Below, one piece after another: positions 45,900 to 61,664 of a stretch of DNA of 64,000 nucleotides. The notes beneath the pieces are model-generated. The model did not search any database, was not told where the DNA came from, and saw nothing but the letters and a program-made list of their open reading frames with translations. The position numbers and the translations under genes were made by a program. Origin of the DNA: the human T2T-CHM13v2.0 reference genome, Homo sapiens. Where the stretch lies: assembly GCA_009914755.4 (NCBI GenBank), contig CP086569.2, positions 10,432,001-10,496,000 on the forward strand. The letters are read 5' to 3'. Each line of letters starts with the position of its first letter. Position 1 is the first letter of the stretch.

Positions 45900-47189
45900 C
45901 GAGCTGTTTGCTCCTCCAAATGCGCAAACACCAATGCAAGTCTATATTATGCCCATTCTAACGGTTCTATTTTAACATAGAACTGGAAGTCCTACATAGA
46001 ATAATTAAGTCATACATCAAATAATTAAGCAAGAAAAACTAAAAGATTCAAATTGAAAAGAAGAAATAACGTCAGTTTGTAGATGACATAATGTTACATA
46101 TAAAAAACATAAATAGTACATTTAAATAATACATTTAATGCATCTATATATAAATAGTGCATCTAATAAATGCACTCAGTAAAGAAGTAGAATATACAAT
46201 TAGCATACAGATATCAGTTTTGTTTCCATATGCTAGCAAAAAACCAGTAAAAAAGAAAAAACAATCTCATTTACAATAGCAATGAAATAATAGATTTCTT
46301 AGCAATAAATTGAACCAATGTGGTGAAAGATCTTTACGATAAAAAATAAAATATATTGATGAAAAAAATTAAAGAAGATACAAATAAATGTAAATATATT
46401 ACATGTTTATGGATTAGAAGAATATTGTCTAAGTGCCATATTATCCAAAGCAATCTGTAGATTAATTTGACTTCCTATCAAAATTCCTGTGTTACTTTTT
46501 ACAGTAATAGAAAATAAAGTCTGCAATGTATAGAAAACTATAAGAAATATTGAATGGCCAAAGCAATCATGAGGAATAAAACGAAATCTGGGGACATTAT
46601 ACTTTATTATTTAAAACTACATTTCAAGACTACAGTAAACATAATAGAATAGAATGTTTATAGGAACCAACACAAAAACCAATGGAACAGAATACAGAGC
46701 CCAGAAGTAAATCTATGCATCTAGAGTTAATCTTTGACAAGGGCACTATGAATACGCAATACAAAAAGTGTAGCCTTTTCAATAGTTAGTGATGGGAAAA
46801 CTGGATACTCACAAGCACAATAATAAAACTTGATCATATTTCTTACATAAGACACAAAAATTGATGTAAAATAAAGACTTAAATTTAATACATAAATCCT
46901 TAAAAGAAAATCTTTAAAAAAGCATATGAAAAGCCTTCATGATACTGGCCTTGGCAGTGTTTTTTAAATATGATATCCAAAGTATAGCAATAAAACCAGA
47001 CACAAAGATGTAGTGTATTAAACTATTGTGCACAGCAAAAAATAAGAAAACATTTAAGATGGGAAAACACTTGCAAACCATATATGATAAGAGGTTAGTA
47101 TTCAAAATATAGCAGAAACTCATAAAAATCAGAAGCTAAACAATAATAATTATAATACCCAACTAAAAAGTAGGCAAAAGACTAAACTT
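45900..47189 (+). mobile_element. Ancient L1M ORF2 fragment, upstream half of an old L1 split by the L1PA insertion; a second related fragment lies at 45040-45250
   Basis: L1M-type ORF2 sequence (for example ...ccatattatccaaagcaatctgtagattaatttgacttcctatcaaaattcctgtgttactttttacagtaatagaaaataaagtctgcaa...). The same segment recurs at 45050-45215. Confidence 0.6.
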
Positions 47190-53337
<6,148 letters not shown>

Positions 53338-53339
53338 CG

Positions 53340-54200
53340 AAGAGTAAATATTTTTTACAAACATATTCAAATGGCCAACAGGTGTGTAGAAAGATGCTAA
53401 ACATTACCATTCATGAGAAAATAGCAAATCAAAAGATACCACTTTACAGCAGTTGGAATGGCGAATATCAAAAAAAAGAAACATGACAAGTGTTAATAAG
53501 GATGTGACAAACTATTTCTGTACAGTCTTAATGAGTTGCAAACTGGAAGAGTCATTGTGAAAATTAGTATGCAGGGTATTTTAAAAAATAGAAGTATCGT
53601 ACAATCCTGAAATTCCACTTCTGTCTATAAACAAAATAAAATCAGCATCTCAAAAATTATCTGCACCCTTGTATCCAATGCAGCATTATTCACAACGGTC
53701 AAGGGTATTTTTTTTTAAACAACTTATCTGTAGCTGCTGAATGGATAAGGAAAATGTGGTATAGACAACTGAATATTATTCACCCATAAAAAAAGAATGA
53801 AATTCTGCTATTTCAACAACATGAAGGACCTGGGTACATTATGCTGTGCAAAATAAGCCAGGCACAGAAAGACAAACATTGTATGTTCTCACTTAAATGG
53901 AGAATTTAAAAATCCTGAACTCATGGAAGCAGAGAGTACAATGGTAATGACAAGGCCTGGAGGTAGAAAAAATGATAAGGTGTTCAGAGTACAAACTTTC
54001 AGTTACAAGATAAATAAGTTTTGGGTGTCTAATGTATAGCTTTAAGATGTAGTTAATAACAGTGTTTTGTATGCTTAAAATTTGCTACTACATTAGGAGA
54101 CCTCAAATGTTCTCACTACAAAAAACATAACCATGTAAGGTGACATAAATATACATCAACTTAATTGTATTAAACATTTTACAATATATATACCTATCAA
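53340..54200 (+). mobile_element. Ancient L1M 3' end (downstream half of the old L1 split by the L1PA)
   Basis: L1M-type ORF2 C-terminus and 3'UTR (...caggtgtgtagaaagatgctaaacattaccattcatgagaaaatagcaaatcaaa...tggataaggaaaatgtggtatagacaactgaatattattcacccataaaaaaagaatgaaattctgctatttcaacaacatg...). Confidence 0.65.
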
Positions 54201-54352
54201 ACTTTTATAATATACACAATACATAATTATGCAATTTTTATTGGTCAAAAAATTAATGTTATGTACACATGCATATATTCACATAAGTGTGTATATACAC
54301 AGATATAAAACATATACATATATATCAATTACATATGTTGTTATGTATATAC

Positions 54353-54412
54353 TTGTGTGTGTGTGTGTGTGTGCGTGTGTGTGTGTGTGTATATATATAT
54401 AAATGACAAAAT
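54353..54412. repeat. (GT)n/(TA)n microsatellite
   Basis: gtgtgtgtgtgtgtgtgtgcgtgtgtgtgtgtgtgtatatatatat. Confidence 0.9.
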
Positions 54413-55524
54413 CCTAGTAGGCTTCAAACTAAACAAGAGAAAATTATAAAATAATTATTAAAAATCAAGAAAAAAATGGGTATTTAATACATGCTCAGCA
54501 ATATTCTAAGTTCTTCAATGGCAAAGTACATGTTTTAAATGTAGAAAGTAGATACATTATACCATATTACAGTTTAGGAATTATGGCACAGAGTGTTTAC
54601 AGTATTAGCCTCAATACATACCAAAAACGTAAAATTTTGAAATAAAATAACATTTGGTTTTCTTTTATGGGGCAGAGGCTTAGTGTTCTGATTAAATTAT
54701 TGAGTATGAATTTCTGTAGAATCATATTTGAAACCTTCACAGGATATGAAATTATAAAGCAGAAAACATAGGACATCTGGATGTGGTGTTTCTGGGATTT
54801 CTAAACCTAATCCCAATATCTCCACTACTCTCACACATTTTAGACAAGACTCAAAATGGAAATTAGAAAATGTTTAACAGAGTTCCTTAAAAATCACAGA
54901 CAGCCCCATGTCCTCAAAAGCAATAAAAGAGCAAGAAGTCAGGTCCTCCAGTCCCTTGTAAGCCATGCAAAGGACTTTGATTTTCTTTGTAACCTAGAAG
55001 AACGACCGTTGAAGGGGAAGTCCAGTCCTAGAAAATTGAAGAGCATGGGGCAGAAGATGTCTGTCTCTAATGAAAGCAAGAGAAAGAAATCAGGGCTTCT
55101 TAGAAAAGATTTCCACTGGAGCATAGCTTCGCAAACCACACTTTTTAAGATCTGGCTTTCTCCTTGACCTTTGGTCACCTCATCTGTGTCATCTGCCTTA
55201 TTCACTCCCACCTATTTGGATATTTGGCTACTATCTCCGGTCTCCTCACACTCTGGGGCTTTTTCTTTTACTCAACGTAGGTGATCAGGTTTAGCTTAGA
55301 GAACAGCCAAGGACTCTGTGTTAGAAAAAGTAATATGACTTATGCTGTGATTTTCCAATTAATACTTAGTACTGTGCTCAGTGGAAAAAAACAGAACATT
55401 ATAAAATAGTCTAAAAATGTAATATCAAATACTATTTCCTCACAGAAACGTTATGATATTTAAAAACTTTTCTAAATTTGTGGGTCCTTAGCTCCACGAC
55501 CCAGTGCTGCTGAATCAAAACTTG

Positions 55525-55650
55525 GTGGTGGTTGGCTGTGCATGGTGACTCACACCGCTGATCACAGCACTTTGGGAGGCCAAGGCAGGCAAATCACTTA
55601 AGCCCAGGAGTTTGAGGCCAGCCTGGGCAACATGGTGAGACCTAGTCTAC
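55525..55650 (+). mobile_element. Partial Alu / FLAM-like monomer
   Basis: ggtggctgtgcatggtgactcacaccgctgatcacagcactttgggaggccaaggcaggcaaatcacttaagcccaggagtttgaggccagcctgggcaacatggtgagacc. Confidence 0.6.
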
Positions 55651-55809
55651 TGGCTGAGGGTGGGGAGGAGGGGGAAAGTTGGTGGTAATGGGAGGTGGTA
55701 ATGCGATTATAAGGTGTGGGCAACCATATTTTGTGCCTCTAAATTTGTGGAGTTACCACTAATCTAAAATTAAGGATACAGATCAGCTGAAGAAAGAAAA
55801 AGATTAATG

Positions 55810-57290
55810 TCGAGATAAAACTTCCTTGTGGGGGTCCGCAGCTGCAATACCACCAGGCGGCAGCATCCCACCTCTTTCACCCGGCTGCAGCCCCACCAGG
55901 AGCCGGGCTCCAGTCGGGGCGCTGCGGCAGGTACTAGACCCGGAAGGCGAAGGCGCGGATTTCCTGCCCTCCGGGGTGTCTTCCTGCTCCGAGGACCCCA
56001 GGCAATTCAATTCATTCATCAAGCTCCGCCTCATCTGTCCAAGCTGGGGCAGCATGTCCCACAGTCGCCAGCCAAGGCCTCTGCTCCAGAACCCATGGGC
56101 TGCTTTCCTGAGGGGAAGGACATTGTCTTCACCAGCCACAAAAAAATCCGTTCCTTTGCACCCTGTTTCCCATTGCCACCGACTTCGTGTAAACTCTAGT
56201 CCGGAGGACACGAGAGAGACACAGGCCTGGCCCCATGGACATGCTCAGTGCCACGGCTTCCAGCAGTTGGACGGGTGAACTCTACAAATCTCGGGGCCCA
56301 TCGCACCAAGGAGACAGAAAGAAGCAAACAAAGGAAGGACCCTATGAAATGCACCCCCAAAGCAACCAACCAATCCAAGAAAAAAAAAAACACCTCTCAG
56401 GGATCCGTTGGTTTTCCCACGTGGGCGGCCCTGATCCCCTGTTCTAGCCTGGCCCAAGCACCCTCCACCTCACCCCGGCCTGCTCAAAGTGTCCTGTCCA
56501 CTTCAGCAGAACCTCCCTCTCCAAGTCTCTGTCTCCCTCGCTCTACAACTCCCTCACCCTCTCCCTTTCTCTACTTCCTCCTTCAGCTTCGGCTCTCTCC
56601 CCCTCCACCTTTCTCTCTCTCCCCCCATTTCTATCTCTCCATCCCGGTCTCCCTAGCTCTCTTTCAAGCTGTGTCTGTGTCTTTTTTCTGTATGTCCTTA
56701 TGTCTGTGTCAGTGTGTCCATGTGTCTGTGTGTGTTTGTGTGTCCGTGTGTGTGTGTCTGAGTGTCCGTCCGTGTGTGTCCGTGTGTGTGCGTGTGTGCC
56801 TGTGCACGTGCACCCGTGTGTATCTGTGTGTGTGTCGAGGTGGGTTTGCTCGTGGTGGTGGTGTGCTGTGTCTGGGTGTCCGTCAGCCCCTCTTTCCCAG
56901 GATCAGGCTGCCGGGGCTCTAGTGCCAGCGTGGTGCAAAGCAGGGCCTTCCTGTCCCATTGGCCACGGGTGGGTCCTCATCAGGAGAAGCGATGATGGTG
57001 TGGGCATTGTGAGAAAAAGAGCCCGCGGGGCTGGGCTGGCTGTTTGCCCCTAGGCAGCCCTGGCAGCTCTGGGTGTGTGGGGCAAGAGGGGGCCTTGCAG
57101 GAGGGGTGGCGAGGGATCCAAAACAATTTTTCCATGGCAAGGCGGAGGACCAGAGGGGATCCCAGTACTGTGGGCCCCGCACCCTGATGCCTCCGAGCAC
57201 ACCCTGTCCTGAGCCGGCCAGATGTGTTGGAAGCTCAGGAGCTCGCGAGCTGGGGGAAGGCCTGGAGTGTCAGCGAAAGGGAGACCGCCT
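55810..57290. other. GC-rich, CpG-dense block with a CT-rich tract (56461-56680) and imperfect GT/GTGTCC repeats (56690-56880); possibly part of the adjoining D4Z4-like segment
   Basis: High CpG density (for example ccaccaggcggcagcatcc...cagtcggggcgctgcggcaggtactagacccggaaggcgaaggcgcggatttcc), unlike the CpG-depleted repeats elsewhere. The ORFs 55826-56278, 56248-56922 and 56700-57053 here are low-complexity (Cys/Val from GT repeats). Confidence 0.5.
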
Positions 57291-57874
57291 GGTGGGCCTG
57301 GACCCTGGGCAGGGGACTGAGGCATCATGTCCTGATGACGGATTCCTGTTTCCTGCAACATGGGGAGTCTCCAAAATGGCCTGTTTTGAAACTGGAAAGG
57401 AGACCGAAGACACGATGCTGCTTTTCCACGATTCGCTAGAGGTAACAGTCAACATGGTTACACTTTCGGGGGCCAGAGACACGTGAGCAACAGGCCCCCT
57501 TGCAGAGGGCAAAGGAACATGGAATCCGGAATCATTGTTCACTCGGCTTGAGTGTGACTCCTGTGTGGATGGGAGTATCTGCCTCGCGATCTGTTGCAGG
57601 CTCAGCGTGGGGATATGTCATCTGTGAACCATGTGGATGAAAAACGGACAACCATTCGAGTCTTGGCTCTGCTCTTTGGGGAATTCGCTCATTCCTTGGG
57701 AGGTGGAATTCATCTGAATCGCTCCCTGATGAACTAACCTAGGCTGGCAATCCCGAGGGCCGGTAAGCGCACCGCCAGCCGACACGGCCGTGGGCCCAGC
57801 ACTCAGCCTGCACTGGGCACCCAACATTTTCCCGGATTTCGAGGTCCTGCTGGTCCTGGAGGCAGAAGACCACT

Positions 57875-58152
57875 TTTCTCTTTGCCTTCCTTTCTCTGTT
57901 TCTTGCTCCTTTTCTCCTTCTGTCCCTCCTTCCCTCTGTTCTTCCTTCTTTCCCTCTCTCCCTCCCTGTCTCCCTCCCTCCCTCTGTTCTTCTCTCCTTC
58001 CCTCTCTCCCTCCATCCATACCTCCCTTTCTCCCTCCTTCCCTCCCTCCCTTCCTCCCTTCCAAGGTCCTCCTTTCATCCGTCCTTTCCTCCCTCTGTCC
58101 CTCTCTCTCACTTTGTCTCCGTTCCTTTCCCCATCTCTGCCTGGCTTTCCTC
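57875..58152 (+). repeat. ~280-bp polypyrimidine (CT-rich; GGAA/GGGA-rich on minus) tract
   Basis: cacttttctctttgccttcctttctctgtttcttgctccttttctccttctgtccctccttccctctgttcttcc... Translated as Pro/Ser/Leu-rich or Arg/Glu/Gly-rich spurious ORFs (57618-58250, 57790-58227, 57882-58160). Confidence 0.9.
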
Positions 58153-58705
58153 CAACCTAGAAAGGTCAGAACCACGGTTTGCACGAGATCTCGGGGTCTA
58201 CATTTAGTTGCCGGGCACTCCACGTGATGCCAAGGAGGATGGCGGCGCACGGGTGGGCACGGGAGGGTGGAGCGGGGAGGTAGTGGAGTTGAGCTGCGGA
58301 AAGGAGAAGAGGCCTGGCCACTGCCCAGGCCAGTGTTTCCTGGGGTGGAGGTCTCACCCTACATCACTGAAGAACGCGGGGGCGGGGGGGTGTAAGCCGT
58401 GTGGGAGCAGGGGAAGTGATGAGAGTCCTGCCTGGGCTGGTCCCAAACCCTAGCCGGCCGCCCGCGGACCCACGCATGAGCAGCAGACAGCCCATCTCTG
58501 AGTACCTGGGCTGGCTCTGAAATCCTTGGGATGCTCAGCAAAGAATGACAGACCTCCTTTCTGTGGAGTCTCTCGCCGGACCTGGACTCAGGGATCCTAG
58601 ACAAGTCAGCTGGAAGGGAAGACACAGGTTTCCATACCGAGCCAGAGGTTCACCGCGAAAGAGGGAGCCACCGCCCTGCCCCCACCAGGTCCCAACCCTG
58701 CGTCC

Positions 58706-59763
58706 TAAAGCTCCTCCAGCTGAGCTCAGTGTTCTTCTAGGCTGAGGAGTGGTTCCAGAAAAGCGGGCTTTTCCAAGTCCTTCAACTCCCCCAGTAGCTC
58801 CGTTGCTAGGAAAGGTTGTGCCTTTTGCTGAAATTCTGGGGTCGACAGAAGCTCATCTAACAGGGTGTATGCGAGTACAGATGAAGACTCCAGCTCCTGG
58901 AGCTGTTGGGAGGGTGCCTGGATGGCTTACATCTGCTCCTGACACGCAGAGGCCTCCATGGGCGCGAGCTGCGGAGGTAGATGTGCCTCGGATTCATGTT
59001 CCCACGTGCCCTGGTGACCTGTGGACCCTGGCCGCAGACCCAGTACGGACTCATGTGGGACATGTGAGGCGCAAGCACACCTTGCCCCTGTGACTCAGCC
59101 TGAGTGGCTCAAGTTGTCCCACTGAGTACGCACCCAGAAGGCTGCCATGCTGCTGGTCCTGGTCCCTCTGCCATCTGTTTGACTCAGCCTGAGAGGCCCA
59201 AGCTGTCCCATTGAGCACCCACCCAGAAAGCCACCGTACTACGGGTCCTGGACCTCCTGCCATCTGTTCGGATGCGGAGGTCACCCAGGTGACTGAGGGT
59301 AGGACAGTGCCACTTCCGAAGGAGCCAGGGCAGCAAACCCAAAATCCCCATGTGCCACGGCAAGTTGGGAGATTCCTTCTGCCTGCAAAGCCTGGCTGGG
59401 CTGCAGCAGAGGGGTGACCTTTGCTGTCTGGCTCACGAAAGCCCCCTGTTCCCCACTCCCTGGCGTGGGTGAAGGCGACCAAGGAGGGAGGGTGACACCC
59501 CCGGTGGGCCACGTTGCACAGGCCGTGTGCGTGTGCAGGTTCCCTGCCACCCTGGCATGGATACCTGGACCTTCGATTATGACATGAAATCTGAATCCTG
59601 GACTCCAAAATGCCGGTCTCTCTGTCCAGTTCGGGTACAGGTTCTGCTCAAAGCATGCTGGCAGGACATCTTTTTCATTCAGGTTACAAATGAGTCTCCT
59701 TCGCCATCCTTGTCCTCAGGCTTCTGCGGGGAATGGGCTGTCAGAAGGTGTCGGGAGAGCCAT
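58706..59763 (-). pseudogene. DUX4-family double-homeobox pseudogene (D4Z4-like unit ORF)
   Basis: The minus-strand ATG at plus 59761-59763 starts MALPTPSDSPFPAEA*, against DUX4 MALPTPSDSTLPAEAR. The stop is a CGG to TGA change at plus 59716-59718. The coding sequence then jumps from the homeobox-1 start (...CFEQNLYP) to the homeobox-2 end ([21 protein letters not shown], against [23 protein letters not shown]), a ~225-bp deletion. The C-terminal region [53 protein letters not shown] matches DUX4 [53 protein letters not shown]. The terminal ...LEEL-stop context is conserved (stop at plus 58706-58708). Frameshifts are present (ORFs 59051-59608 and 59281-59550 are different frames of it). Confidence 0.85.
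59089..59265. repeat. ~88-bp tandem duplication (x2) inside the DUX4-like pseudogene
   Basis: tgactcagcctgagtggctcaagttgtcccactgagtacgcacccagaaggctgccatgctgctggtcctggtccctctgccatctgtt followed by tgactcagcctgagaggcccaagctgtcccattgagcacccacccagaaagccaccgtactacgggtcctggacctcctgccatctgtt. Confidence 0.75.
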
Positions 59764-59891
59764 CGCGAGGGCACCTGGCCAGAATTTCACAGACAGACAT
59801 GGGCAGAGAGAGGCCGGCGGCTCCCGTGTGCCTCAATTGGCCTCTGTGCTTCACGCAGGTCCAGTCAGGAGTCCGACCCCGCCAGTGGCCC

Positions 59892-59896
59892 TTATA
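59892..59896 (-). promoter_or_regulatory. TATAA-like box at the position of the DUX4 TACAA box (~130 bp upstream of the pseudogene ATG)
   Basis: Minus strand tctttataagggccactggcgg aligns with D4Z4 ...TACAAGGGCGGCTGG... upstream of DUX4. Confidence 0.45.
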
Positions 59897-61028
59897 AAGA
59901 CCCACCAGCTTCACCCCCTCAAGAATATGCATGAGCACCCAAGGGCCCTGGGTAATGGCCCTCTGAAGGGTCCAGAAACCACAGACACAGGGCCTTGTGT
60001 GGTAGGTGAAGGTGGGGCCAGATCATCTGGGAAAGGAGGGCTTCTGGGGCTGTCTCCCTGAGTTCTCCAGAATTCTACGGAAACTGGAAGTTTCTCTGTG
60101 GGCTCACACACGATTTCAGGGAGAAACCACCCTGGAAGGGTGTAGTGTGGAACTGAACCTCCATGATAGTCTTGAGTTTTCCAGGCCCTCTCCGTGAAGG
60201 CGGCAATGCCTGTGGGTGTCGCTGTTGCCGTGATAGTCTCACACACGCAGGTGTGTGGATCTCATTCATTTTCTTTTTTTATTTTAACTTTTTATTTCTA
60301 CCTCTTAAAGTCAATGATAAAGTCACAGCTACTTACAGCCATCTAAGAAAGTGGCCTTACTCATGCTCATTCACTCGTTCTGTGGCCTATCAAGAGTCAC
60401 ACGTAACAATGGTTTTCCTTTTTTAAAAAAACCAAATACTTTATACAGTGAACTATAGAAAAAAACAATTCTAAATATACTTTAAAAATTCTAGAGAGTT
60501 AAGGTAACCTCATTTTTTAAAATACTGAAAATGTAAAGGGTCCATATAAAGAGTTGTATTAAGTACATACTTCCTATTTTAATAATTCACTTGCTGTGTT
60601 CTTAAAATCTCTATGAGAGAAGCAGATATTTTATTCATGTCTTTTGGCAAGAGATTCAAAAGCAAAAGTAGAAGGGCTGTAAAATTTCATAAAATTTGTG
60701 GGATTTTTAAAAGCTAAATTATTCAATATTTTGTATGGTTATCACACTCATATATCGCCTGGAATATATATACAGCAACCCAACAACAGTGATTGCAACA
60801 AAAGTAAGATAAATAGGTCTACAAAGCATTTGATTTCCTTATTAGATAAATGAAGTTTTCATAGAGGAAGTGCAAATTCAGATCAGGTTACATAAGCTTA
60901 ACAATTATTCAAACCTTATATAAAATTAAATCTAACCCTCACCACTACAAATCTGTAAGGAATCACTGTCAGGAATCTACAGGACTTGGCTCATATTTAC
61001 ATTGGACACACACTTAGAAATTTCATAA

Positions 61029-61322
61029 ATGATGAGATGCAGGCCAAGGGTATTCCTCAAAGGGCTCCACCCAAAAGGAAAAGAAAGAGAGTTAAACAGA
61101 GAATTACCACACGTATTTGTGGGTAATCAGCTTATTCCTCAGCCTCTAGACAGTGAGGAGGATGAAAAAATGGAAGAAGATAGTAAAGAAGAGGAAGAAA
61201 AAGATCACAGTGAAGCGATGAAGCCAGAGGAGCCACCTCAAAATTTACTGAGAGAAAAAATCATGAAACTGCCCCTCCCTGAATCTTTAAAAGCTTACTT
61301 GACATATTTTAGAGACAAATAA
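61029..61322 (+). CDS. Candidate protein-coding terminal exon or gene fragment of unassigned identity (acidic C-terminal region; basic NLS-like stretch in the adjacent upstream frame)
   Basis: The 97-aa ORF ends ...FVGNQLIPQPLDSEEDEKMEEDSKEEEEKDHSEAMKPEEPPQNLLREKIMKLPLPESLKAYLTYFRDK*. The frame just upstream reads AKGIPQRAPPKRKRKRVKQRITTRI. An AATAAA lies ~150 bp downstream (~61473). The ORF is not repeat-derived and not low-complexity throughout. No match recalled with certainty. Confidence 0.3.
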   Translation: MMRCRPRVFLKGLHPKGKERELNRELPHVFVGNQLIPQPLDSEEDEKMEEDSKEEEEKDHSEAMKPEEPPQNLLREKIMKLPLPESLKAYLTYFRDK

Positions 61323-61664
61323 CTTAGATCAAGAAGAAAGAATGACTACTGATAATTCCTTTAGTCTTGAAAATGTAGCATTTGTTAGGAATTAAAAGAA
61401 TTATTTATTTCATCAGAGCAAATTATAGTGGAAAAACTATCACTTGTTACTGTCAGTAACATAAATGATGTATTGAGTGAATAAAAGAATCCCTTTTATA
61501 AAATCTATTTTTCTTTATATCTTGGAAAATTGTTGTTTCACCTCAGAGTGATTTCAAAGTGGAATGTAACAGTAGTGAAGACTTGTGTGCTATAAATCCT
61601 TTTGTGATTCCTTATGGATCTCGTTCATTTTCATGTAGAAAACAAAGGCGAAACTACAGAGAAA

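Larger units (their letters stand above)
57290..59950 (-). repeat. Diverged D4Z4-like (3.3-kb macrosatellite family) unit in inverted orientation: 3' flank, KpnI-site homolog, DUX4-family pseudogene and promoter-proximal region
   Basis: The minus-strand sequence aligns segment by segment with the D4Z4 unit: promoter-proximal gccgccggcctctctctgcccatgtctgtctgtgaaattctggcc, the DUX4 ORF, the stop-codon context ctggaggagctttaggacgcagggttgggac, and downstream gagactccaca...cattctttgctgagcatcccaaggatttcagagccagcccaggtact with GGTACT at the KpnI position (plus 58501-58506). Confidence 0.75.

Noticed and set aside
54856-55167. 103-aa ORF MEIRKCLTEFLKNHRQPHVLKSNKRARSQ... in unique sequence
   Set aside because: No recognisable domain, no splice or promoter context, and an AT-rich region where ORFs of this length arise by chance. 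Left unannotated.
56248-57053. 224-aa and 117-aa ORFs with poly-Cys/Val (VCVCVSVCV...)
   Set aside because: Translation of the imperfect (GT)n/GTGTCC repeats and the CT-rich tract. Low-complexity artefact.
57618-58250. 210-aa minus-strand ORF (RE/G-rich) and overlapping plus-strand Pro/Ser/Leu ORFs; same pattern at 62060-62502
   Set aside because: Derived from the duplicated polypyrimidine tracts inside the D4Z4-like 3' flanks. The two-strand, multi-frame openness is a hallmark of low complexity, not coding.
59741-60246. Minus-strand ORFs (65 aa, 111 aa) upstream of the DUX4-like ATG as possible extra homeobox coding sequence
   Set aside because: They lie 5' of the DUX4-like start codon in promoter-proximal sequence and show no homeodomain motifs. 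The missing homeobox is explained by an internal deletion instead.
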